DNA from: Octopus vulgaris | Taxonomy: Eukaryota | Assembly (NCBI GenBank): GCA_951406725.2 | Contig: OX597814.1 | Coordinates: 211,482,001-211,546,000, forward strand | Reading direction: 5' to 3' | DNA length: 64,000 nt | Shown: in pieces, positions 53,365-64,000 of the stretch | How the letters are laid out: each line of letters opens with the position of its first letter | Numbering within the stretch: position 1 is the stretch's first letter | Position numbers and translations under genes: made by a program | Notes under the pieces: model-generated | Seen by the model: only the letters and a program-made list of their open reading frames with translations | Database searches by the model: none | What the model was told of the DNA's origin: nothing

Positions 53365-53830
53365 CACAGATATCCTGGCATATACATGCATCACCTCAAT
53401 TAAATCAGTGATTGTGAATAACCAAAATGTGATGGTGCAGTCTTTTTGCTTCAATGGGGGATGAACGCAAACCTAATCAGCTTTTTTATGGTGAGCTTAC
53501 AGGGGAGAAACGCCATCGGCGTAAACCTAAAAGAGAGACTACCATGAAGCCATTTGGAATGAATCCAGAGGACATAGCACCCCTTGCTTCGGATTGAGCT
53601 TAGTGGCAAACAAAAGTATGGAGTGGAGTGAAAGCGTTTGAAGAGGCCAGGATAACGCATGCAAGACTCAAGAGAAATTTAAAGAAGGATGTTATGATCG
53701 AGAACGTGAATCACAATGACATTTTCCCGCACTGTTTGTGACAGACCATGACTTTCTTTTGCTGGGCTCAAATCTCATTTGCGAACCCATGGAAAACGAA
53801 CCTCCACTAACAATCCTGCCTATTCTGTGC
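53365..53830 (+). pseudogene. RTE-clade LINE C-terminal remnant
   Basis: MGDERKPNQLFYGELTGEKRHRRKPKR...WQTKVWSGVKAFEEARI...VCDRP*LSFAGLKSHLRTH. Confidence 0.75.
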
Positions 53831-55238
53831 ACACCTTTCAATGCAATGTATGCCAAGAGGTCTGAAAATCTAATAGAGGCCTCAAAAGACATTTTAAGCT
53901 CCACAGAGATTAGAACTTAACTGCGGCTCTTTGTGGTCTAAATCGGATATACAATCTATATGGGTGTCTTTTCAAAATTGTTTCTGGTTTTAAAAGCCAC
54001 ATCGGATGTCATGACGGTGCTAAGGTGTAGGTACAGAAGGTGGTCAAACTTTGCACAAGGATTAGACCACTACCATGTATGTATGCATATATACATATAT
54101 GTATGTATGTATTCATGCATGTATATATATGTGTGCATGCATTTATGTTTGCACCTATATATACATATCTGCGTGTAGGAGTATCACTGGCTGTATGTAC
54201 GAAAATATGTATATAGATGTATGTGCTTTGTTTGAGAGGGAATAAAATTGTTGTTTTATATATTTTTTTGTCATTATTCGTACAGAAACATGCACGTTTA
54301 TGTTGTGCTTAGCAAAATAATGCTACTTTTTACTTACTGTTATTCCATAAATAAAATGTTAATGATGCTATTTATCCATGGTTGAATGTTGTGTACTTAA
54401 TGAATTGATACTAATATTGGATTTCGACCTAAATATGTCGATCACTCGTTTCTATAATCCTCAGTGTAAAATTATTACTGTGTACTTAAAAGAAGAACTA
54501 TGATGTGACTACAAGCTATAAACCTTTCCATTTGTGTTATGTTGCACATTAGAAATAATTATTGGAAGGAAAGCAAAAAAATCTGACGTCATAAATACCA
54601 ATGAAAGCGATCGCACTCGGTTTGCGATGACATAACTCATGCAGTCAAACAATATTAAGACAGCAAACATGAGGTATAGGCTTCATTATGAATCCGTAGT
54701 CACTTCTCCATTCAAGTATTTAAATTTTCGTGGCAAATTTATGCCACAAAATTGCAATGCTACTCTTAATATAATACGTGTCTGCAGCACAGAGATGCTG
54801 TATTCGACTTAGAAAATTCAGAGCAAGAAAAAGAAAAAAAAGAGAAGAAAATATGCCGGTTCTATGGAGGGAATTTTTCACGCGCCTGCTTAAGTCCTCC
54901 CAGTTATGTGCCCATATAGCGCGGTAACGCGGGGCATTCCATTGCTACTAATCTAAGAAAGAATCCTCAATGTCCTAGATGAACTTGTGATATAGGTTAA
55001 AAGAACTGATGCTTTACCCTTTAGGGCTATGTCGTGAAATATATGCGAATGTATATACATATACATAAAATATAATAATCTGAGGAGTTAAATGCGAATC
55101 TCTGTAAGTTACATTTTGGAGAGGACAGCGATCGTATGAGTTTGTATGATGTGCTCTATACTTTCCTGCAAACGTTCAGTCTCAGAAAATAAGTGTTGTT
55201 TTCCTTTGTTCTGTTAGAAGGGTAACTAACAATTGCCG

Positions 55239-55748
55239 TATTGTTGAGAGTATGGATGATGAAATTACTGTTGGACTGGTACTTGTTCACATATTCAGTC
55301 TTGGACTCATTGAGGTAAAGACCTACACAATTTCAGGCTGATTCAAGAGATTGTAAAAGAGACTGGGCATTGGAGAGAGAATCACTGATAAGAGCGTTGT
55401 CGTCAGCAAAGTCAGTGCCTGTTAAGTATTCAGCTGGGTGTCTGGAACTTTTTCTAGCCCTTACCAGAAATATATGGGAAACTAGCAACTGTATCATCTC
55501 TTGTGAAAAGTAAGAAGAGTCCAGTTTGCTGGACATTGTTGTAGAGCTGAAAACGAAGTAATTTCTACTCTTCCCCTCTGTAAGCCATCTGCTCGTGATA
55601 CCAGAGGGCGCACACTGTCCTACTCTGATGTAATCTCCAGGGATACAGGTATCCAGCTACAGGAACTCTGTAATGCTATGATGGACCGTGAAGTCTGGCG
55701 TAACATATTAAATTCCATTGTATCGACCACGGTCGAACAATGATGATG
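55239..55748. mobile_element. 5'-inverted RTE-like LINE insertion with 11-bp TSD
   Basis: 55239-~55467 (-) encodes LTGTDFADDNALISDSLSNAQSLLQSLE...GLYLNESKTEY. ~55468-55748 (+) encodes RVQFAGHCCR...AMMDREVWR plus a (TGA)3 tail. TSD aacaattgccg at 55228-55238 and 55749-55759. Confidence 0.85.
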
Positions 55749-55939
55749 AACAATTGCCGATGGTGAAACCTAAACAAATTTTAAGACTGAATGCCAATTC
55801 CTGTGACTGTAATGTTCGCCACTTCGAGAATAACAAAATCGAGAAACTTTTATCTTGTGAAAATTTCCAATCTCGAGTCCACTTTCAGGAACACGCAGAC
55901 TGCTCTTCCATGAATGGAAGAATGAATGGCGTAAATCAC

Positions 55940-57200
55940 ATAAGACCATATAGGTTTTCAACATACAATATATTACATTACAATTTTTTAGTAAATTTTT
56001 CATCAGGACTAGAATAAAATAATTACATGATCATTACTATTATCGTAGTAGAATGAACTTAAGGGGAAAATACCCAAAACCTACTATAATTTGAAGTGGC
56101 AGTAGAGAATAACCTTCTTATATTCTTTAAAATGTTTTCATAATGATGGAAAATTTGTATATAATTATATTTTTCCATGAATTTTAAATACGTTTATCTG
56201 TTAGAGAATTGATTATCTTCTTTTTTTACCATTAACCTTTGGTTTTCAGTCAATGGAAACTGTGTACCCCTTCTCGGATGAAATTTGAATTTAATTACAG
56301 GTTCATTGTTGAATACATTTATGTGACCACCTTAAAAATATGCCTGGATGAAGTATTATGAGGTTTCTATATTATTTAAAAGTACGCCATATTTTAGGGA
56401 TTAGATTGGTTTATCTATCTCTTACTTCTCTTACTTGGTCCTTAAATCTCATTCTAAATTTTAATTTTAAATATACAAAATATAATCTAAATTTTGCTAA
56501 ATTTGCATAAACAATTTTCTCCCTGTTCCCTTAAAGCCCATTTAGATCTCGTTTAAACCTCTTGCTTTCTATTTAATGTCCCTTTTAATTGATAATCATA
56601 ATATAGTTTAAGTCACCCCTGTCCTTCCTCCTTCTGAATATATACCATTGTCTTACTGGCATCTTCTGAGGCACGTTCTTTTATGTAGTAATGGCGAATT
56701 TATAGACACAGTAAGATAGGGGTAGGGAATAATATCAGATATTAATTAATTTAGCACCGCCAGGAACTTGAATGTCAATTCCCAGTGGTTATATTTCTAA
56801 GTGGATGGAGATTATTAGCTACATTAGATATTCTGATTGTGATAAGAAGGAAGATGAATGTATGTATATTACCATTTCTTGAATCCCATTGTCATTCTCT
56901 TCTCCTACGCTAAATTATAGAAGGCTTTGTGTATTTTCTAAGTTCATTCAGCTGCAATAATACCGATAAGCATGTAATTCATTTATTCTTCTGTACTGAT
57001 GAAAAATTTGATAAAAAACGTATAATGGAGTATCCTGTATGGTGAAAAACTATATGGTGCTATGCATCCAAGGAAAGTGGGTTATTTCAAATTCCCTTAA
57101 TGGACTACATAGATCCGATTGAAACAGCTGTAATGCAGTAATACCTGGTCATACCAGTTACTTGTATGCTTTATATTCATACGCCCAACTTCAAGGTGTG
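55940..57200. mobile_element. Degraded Penelope-like end with inverted pLTR fragments
   Basis: 55940-56120 is a diverged inverted homolog of 56890-57065. A faint GIY-YIG C-terminus-like segment (SLTWSL...FSPCSLK) lies at ~56420-56570. Confidence 0.5.
56991..57138 (+). ncRNA. Hammerhead-like motif with very long stem II region
   Basis: ctgta-CTGATGA-aa[...]tt-GAAAC-AGCT-GTA-atgcag; palindromic ACAGCTGT at stem III. Confidence 0.5.
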
Positions 57201-57299
57201 CGGACAATACAGGACTGACATGGTGCCTTATAATAAGTACCTTTTGAATGTTTCCCTCTCTCTCTCACTCACTCACTATCACTTCTTTTCTCTCTCTAT

Positions 57300-57308
57300 A
57301 TATATATG

Positions 57309-57359
<51 letters not shown>

Positions 57360-57429
57360 TATATGCATGTGTAAATATATACATGACAATATATATGTGT
57401 ATATATATTTCAATACATATATACATGAA

Positions 57430-57505
<76 letters not shown>

Positions 57506-57801
57506 TTAGGTTAATATATATGTATGTATATATATATATGTAAAAATATATTTGTATATATATATATATATGTATATATATGTATATGTAAGATGCCTTT
57601 AATACTTAATTGAAAACTTATAAACTGTCAAATATATTACATATGTACACTTATACATATTTACATATATTGTTATACATATTTATATTTTTAATACAAC
57701 AATTATTTTACACACTCATATGGCTTTCTGAAGAATTTCTAATATTGTTTTCCTGATACTAATTATAATATATTATTAAAAATATGTATATGTATATGTA
57801 A

Positions 57802-57889
<88 letters not shown>

Positions 57890-57910
57890 GCATAATTACA
57901 TATATGTATG

Positions 57911-57953
<43 letters not shown>

Positions 57954-57966
57954 ATAATTACATATA

Positions 57967-58031
<65 letters not shown>
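57300..58031. repeat. Extended (TA)n/(CA)n microsatellite field
   Basis: Seen directly. Confidence 0.9.
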
Positions 58032-58035
<4 letters not shown>

Positions 58036-58299
58036 GGGTGATTAATTTTTTGTACCTGGTGTGAGAGATACAGTGATAGATATATTTGGTCATTCCAACA
58101 GTGTTGTTCGATCGAACAATGCTTGCACAACTCCCACACATCAAGTGCAAGATATCTTTTCACTATATACACGATTCTACTTGAATAATGGAACTTCAAA
58201 TAAAATTTCCTTATGTATCTCACTTCTAAATTCATTTCTTACTTCCCTCTGTATTTCATATTTTCTCTACAATAATTAATGCGCAAAAACTTTGGCACA

Positions 58300-58350
58300 C
58301 CGACGCTGATGAGGGGATATATAGCATATCCCACAAACATTGGTGAGACC
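58300..58350 (+). ncRNA. Degenerate hammerhead-like motif
   Basis: CTGATGA-g-GGGATAT-atagc-ATATCCC-a-CAAAC: perfect 7-bp hairpin directly after the core, but the GAAA box is mutated and stem I is poor. Confidence 0.4.
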
Positions 58351-58479
58351 TTTTCTTTATAAATGTTCTGAAATCAGTTTACAGCCTTGTAATTTTAATT
58401 CCATTCTGTCAATATACATACATAGATATAATTACATATATGCATATATATATAGAGACATATATCAATTAAGAAGTGG

Positions 58480-59360
58480 AGTGTTAAACGCATGTGTTAT
58501 TCAAATCTTTATGCGTCCTCAATACGTTTCGAAAAAAAAGCATTAGTATTATTCCCGAGGTTATAAAAGAAAGTAAATCAATGTAATCATCTTGTCAGGT
58601 TAAAGAGAGACGCAAAACTCATCAATAAGCCATTTAAAAAACCGTTAATAGAATTAACGTCAAAGACAATTTAGAGAAAGAGAAGGAGGAGAAAAAAGAA
58701 ATTAACAGTAAATAGACAGTGGAGAATTTTAGTTCCATAAATGAGTGGAAATATAGCTTAAAGGTGTTTAAATAGATGTATGTGGTGGAAATGAAAAGTA
58801 AGGAAACCGTCAAAAGCTGATTAGTATATATTAGTAGAAACTACATATAGGAATTAACGCTATGTTTCTGCCAATGTTTGCAAAGATAAACACATTCTTT
58901 AAACGTATTTAGATGAGAATTATCAAGAACAGACTGTGATATTGTTCTTCGGTACAGAACTGACAAAAGGATTTACCTTTATCATATGGAAAGGATCTAG
59001 ATAGAATTTTGCATTCAAAACAAAATTTCTTATTATATTCCTTTTGAAACCAAATTAATTTACTAAGCCCAGTATTGTTGCATTTCTTGATATGTCTAAA
59101 TGTATAGTAATGGTTAGATATTCTTTTGAACAAATGAGAAGAAGAACTATCTCTGTTACAAATAAATAGACATCAGAACCAGAATTAATTTTACATTGAT
59201 AAACATAATTTCTAGTCTTAGAATTACTGCAAATTACTGCGATTCGAATTTATATAAGAAATACTACTATTGTTATTATTGTTCAAACAATGGTTAGCAT
59301 TAATAATAACAATGTTATTATTTTCATTAAATGGGCTTGTATCTAACAAGGTATTGTTAA
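58480..59360 (-). mobile_element. Penelope-like GIY-YIG remnant with pLTR, related to 42035-43870
   Basis: FKRISNHYYTFRHIKKCNNTGLSKLIW...ILSRSFPYDKGKSFCQFCTEE. The tail cttattgatgagttt...CTGACAAgatgattacat...ttcGAAAC matches 43580-43690. Confidence 0.78.
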
Positions 59361-59397
59361 ATATAGATATCCGTATATATCTTTACACACACACATG

Positions 59398-59446
<49 letters not shown>

Positions 59447-59447
<1 letters not shown>

Positions 59448-60490
59448 ATAATTAAAAATATATGCATACATACAAACATATATGGACGTACCTACATCTA
59501 CATGTATATATACATGCATATATAAATAAATATACGTAAGTACAGGACGCCACAACAAGACGTAGAAACGGGAAAAACAAAAAATTTAACGAAAATTTAA
59601 CAAAAAATTGTTAGGCTAGGAGTGGTCAGGTTCGTTTCGATTTGTCGGTTCGTTCCACTTCTTGTCTCCATTTAATATTTTATATAAATATTTAAGACGC
59701 GCAATTCTCTCCCTTTGATTTACCCTCTCCACTCCCTCTCCCTCTCACTCTTCCCCTTTTCTCTCTCTTAGCCGCGTGTTCCCCTCCTCCTTCCTCCTTT
59801 CTCACTCCCAGCCTAAAAATTTCTCTCTTTCGCACGCCGCCTCTGCTACTGAAAAGTCTTGCTTTCCACACGCTGCCACACAACATCTTTCGTCTAGCCA
59901 AAAAAAGGCCTTTTCGTCTGTTTGGTTTTTCTCATTTGTACTCGTGTTTGTTTGATTTCCCGTATTGTATTCCCTTTTTATTTCTCGTCTTGTATTGTTT
60001 TGTACATGTATTTTTATCTTGTATTTTATTGTGCAGTTTTATTGTTACATCCTGTTTGTGTTCTTACCCGTTTTACCCCGCTGCTTGGAATTTTATTTTA
60101 ATTCTCTCGCAGGAAGGCCTAGTTAACGAGTGTCCTGTCTTGCCTTCGAAACACGCCTGAGTTAACTAGCGACAGCTGATGACGGTGGATTTTTCCTTGT
60201 GCAGCTTGTCCTGTACTTGTTTTCTTGTAAAAAACTTTTGGATTTTTCTTTGTGTAGCCTGTCCTGTACTTGTCGTTAAATTTTTGTTTTTCCCGTTTCT
60301 ACGTCTTGTGGCGTCCTGTACTTACGTATATTTATTTATATATGCATGTATATATACATGTAGATGTAGGTACGTACATATATGTTTGTATGTATGCATA
60401 TATTTTTAATTATCACATTATTGTCTGACAGCGCCCCGCGTCTGGTTCGTTTCGATTTGTCGGTTCGTTCCACTTCTTGTCTCCATTTAA
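59447..60490. mobile_element. Non-coding element with ~145-bp inverted and ~47-bp direct repeats (pLTR-like architecture)
   Basis: 59447-59593 is the reverse complement of 60273-60414. ggttcgtttcgatttgtcggttcgttccacttcttgtctccatttaa occurs at ~59629 and ~60444. Flanked by (TA)n. Confidence 0.7.
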
Positions 60491-60494
60491 AATG

Positions 60495-60540
<46 letters not shown>

Positions 60541-62339
60541 GTACGTATATATATATACAAGTAAACATATGTATGTATATATACATGTATGTTTGCCTAT
60601 GAATAGTGTAAAGACTATCTTGCTTATAGGGCACGGCTATGAAACCGTAAGATGTAATTCCATTATGCATTAAACAGCGCTACTGTTGTAAACATTATTG
60701 ACCACACGTACTCGAGGTACAAGTTTTGTCGCCTCGTTTGCTGTCTGCAGAAAACGCTTAGGGGCTGATTTTTTTCTTAACGCTGGCTGTTAAGATACCT
60801 GAAAACGAATTAAAGGTGTGACAATTATATAACTAAGTTACATATAGTAGACTAGCGGGGCCAAAATCTATGAAATTATGTGTGTTCACCCAAACATAGG
60901 TGTACGCGTGCGCATTCACATACAAATATATACATGCACAAAATTTTAACCGCTTTTATGATTATTTCATAGACCCTGATATATCAAACACGTTGTTAGT
61001 CGTAGCTAATGCATGTTTTGAATTGTATTTTGGCAAGTGAAATATAGTACTTGTTCGATGATACAGTGAATATTAGGACGATATACTGCCGCAATAAATC
61101 TATATTTACATTGTTTAAAGTGGGTACACCGCCCAAACTGACACAGTCCCAGCTACAATGGATGTTCATCTAAAAGTTCATGGCGAGACATGATGGAGAT
61201 ATCTTCTGAATTAAAGTCTTTCTTATTAATTTTACATGTCTGTGGCGTAACTATTGTTCCTAGATGTTTGTGTGACTACACGAGATATCCTATCGTTACA
61301 CTTTCGTTATTTGTAGGAAATTTGCTATGGTTTATTCGACAGTATATTTAGTCGACCTAGCAAGCTGTATGTGGTGTTGTTAAGTTTTGTGAGTATCGTT
61401 AATAGATACAACATATTGCTGTTAAATAGTGGAAATTTGGGAGCGCCTTATTAAATATGTATCCGTCAGGGATGTAGTAATGGAATAAGATAATGATATC
61501 AAATTGGATGGTTTTGTAACCATATTGCTATTGAATTATATAAGTATCAAGCTATGGCATAATGTAAGTTTCTCTAGCAGCAAATTCCACGTCAAACCCA
61601 AAGAATAACGGACAACAGAAATGAACAGATGTACAAAAGACGGTCATTGTAATGAAACATTGGATTGTATCCAATTGACACGAATGTATTACTAGCAATT
61701 ATGAAAATCGATATATATATAGGGATGGAAAGCAAAGACTACCTCATAAATTTGTTACTCTCCTTCGAATCCCTGTTGAGAAAGTGGATGATTAATTCCT
61801 GTCAAAATGGCAACTATACTGCTGAAATGCAAGCAAAACGAAAGTTTCTAGGTGACTTCAGCAACAGTTAGAAATAGCTACTAATTCTCGCTCTCATATA
61901 ACGTCTTTATTCAAGAAAATGTACGATTTCGATGAGGGGAAAATTTGTACAATGTGTCGTTAAATCAAAGCTGCAAAGTGCACCAGGTCAATATCTTGTA
62001 CTAGTACTGAACATAGTGAATTCCTACACTGGAAGTCATATTCCTTCAGGAGATAGAGCTTGGTTAACAATGGAATAATCAGCTGCCAAATTCATTCCAG
62101 TCGTGCCCCAAACTCTATGTTTGGTGGTACGTAGACTCGCATTGAAATTACATCATTATACAGTCTGCATAACCGTAGCCTTAAGAATAAACAGGCGTAT
62201 TCTCCGCCTGAGAATCATTACCGCACCTCGAATCTGTGTTCGATTGAATTGTAGACTTGCTCCAAGTACAAAGCTTGCTCATGTTTTTGCAGCTGCCCTC
62301 CATTTGTACTGAACAAACTTTGAGAATCCTCAAAAGCAG

Positions 62340-64000
62340 TATAAAGAGATGGGGGAGTGGGCAGTTTGTCTATCTCTACGTTCATCAGATTTCACATGGG
62401 GAATTTGTCTCCGAATGGTTATAACTCAACAGGAGTATACTACTTACGGAATTCTGGAAACTAGTTTCTCCAGGAGAAATAAAAGGGCATTTCCGACTTT
62501 TTCCTGTTTCGGGGAATGCCGGTTTTTATAGAAAGGAAAGGACAGAGATGATTTGTGTGTAGGAATGCCCCTCCCTTTGTCCTGTGGTGCAGAAAGCACG
62601 AAGCTCTCCACCGTTACTACAAACTTCTCATTATTTGAACACCACAACTAACTCACATTTAACTCTCTCCTCTGACTCAGGCCTCACAAAAGCAAAGACG
62701 GCGTTGAAATCGCAATGAAATTCCTTTGTCATGGATAAAAGAAAGACGATAACTTAAATACAAGGCAGTCTAAAACAAAACGGTAATATTAAAAATTTGT
62801 GGCAAAAACAAATACCAAAGTTAAGAACACCAACGTCAGAAACTTCAGCATAAGAAAACCCAATTTTACGAATATTTTCACTACGACAAATTAATAGAAA
62901 AAGCGAAAACAAAAGGAAACGCACGAAAAACAAAATCACAGATTGGGGTACTTACTTCCTTCATAAATTTCACCGTTGTTCAGAGGAGCAAGTCTGAATT
63001 GATCGAGGACATGATTACAAAAAATCTTTCTTGCAAATAGGGAACATTTTGCTGAACTCCTCCTGAAAACTCTATAAGATAGTATGTTAATCCAAAAAGA
63101 TTCAAATAAGTGACTGGATTTAAAACAGAAATTCCTCCCAGGGCACTTGAAGGTTTAGTAAGTACCACCACCAATAACGAATTACTAGCAAGTCGTTTCC
63201 TTACTCCTCCCTATGCCAAAAGAATGATTGTTTCAACAGTCATCTCTCCAGATCAATGTAAATAACTCAATTTTTTTCTCTAAGCTAAATAGTTACACTT
63301 GGAGCAGGCAGTCTAAATTTTCGAGGCCTGAGTACAGTTTGGAGGCTGGGTCACCGACTCAACGATCTCAGGTATCTGGATTTAGATTTGACCTGCATTA
63401 GTGAGACGAGAATTTTGGGGAAGCATGCTCTGGCATCCATTTTCGTAGACTACGAGATATTTTCATTTTGTGCTCTGTCGGGAGTGAACAAGGACTTCTC
63501 CGAAAAAGCTTTAGCTCTCAACGTAAGGGCAGTTTTCTTGAAACTAGACGGTTGGTGAATAGCAGCGAATATGATGCCTTTAGATTGTTGGTCAATTCTG
63601 CCTGACAAGTTTCGATTGGATTTCCCAGAGGTGCTAGTGTGGACATGGAGCAACGACAACGGATCATCCAAATCGAACTAGATACAGTATTTGTTAGATT
63701 AACGGATAGGTACTAGTAAATTACCAATGTAAAGCTAGCGTTTCTATTAGCCGAATTGAACTTCTGCTGATATCTGATAGCCATATGCCAAAATCAGAAA
63801 TAATTCTTAGTATCATTTGAGGTAAATAATTCGGCACATAAAAGCTTGTTAAATTTTGCTGCAAAATATGCTTATATTTTCTAAATACATAGGAAAATAT
63901 TAAAGGAGGACCGCGCGTGTTATTTTGGAGGGCTCTCTCCTCGACGTGAATCGAACGAAGAGGGATATTTGGTCTGAGACAACAGTGGAAATATTTACAT
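62340..64000 (+). pseudogene. Possible heavily degraded R2-superfamily retrotransposon N-terminal region
   Basis: DFTWGICLR..(frameshift)STGVYYLR resembles a decayed C2H2 finger. HRCSEEQV resembles a Myb-like WSEEE. AAKYAYIF..RRTARVILEG resembles the pre-RT motif of R2 (AEYARVQELY...AAAEVIDG). Confidence 0.3.

Overview
AT-rich, microsatellite-dense eukaryotic DNA made up almost entirely of decayed transposable elements. The repeat repertoire suggests an Octopus or other coleoid cephalopod genome (inference from recognised repeat types, no search run). No intact host protein-coding gene can be supported. Present: one full-length and one truncated mariner pseudogene, a mariner-type MITE, several Penelope-like (PLE) RT/GIY-YIG remnants, four Dong/R4-like fragments (two next to (TAA)n), Tx1/L1-like ORF1 and ORF2 remnants, RTE remnants (one 5'-inverted with a TSD), a possible R2-like remnant and at least three tRNA-derived SINE families. 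The main signal is RNA structure: about eight minimal type-I hammerhead ribozyme motifs (CTGANGA-stem II-GAAAC-palindromic stem III), one with an intact core and pairable stems at 367-437 (-). They lie in direct/inverted pLTR-like or retrozyme-like repeats. One sits in a tRNA-headed SINE-like element with a PLE-style terminal inversion, a candidate Penelope-mobilised SINE. An ORF1-only LINE-like element also shares its 3' tail with a local SINE family.
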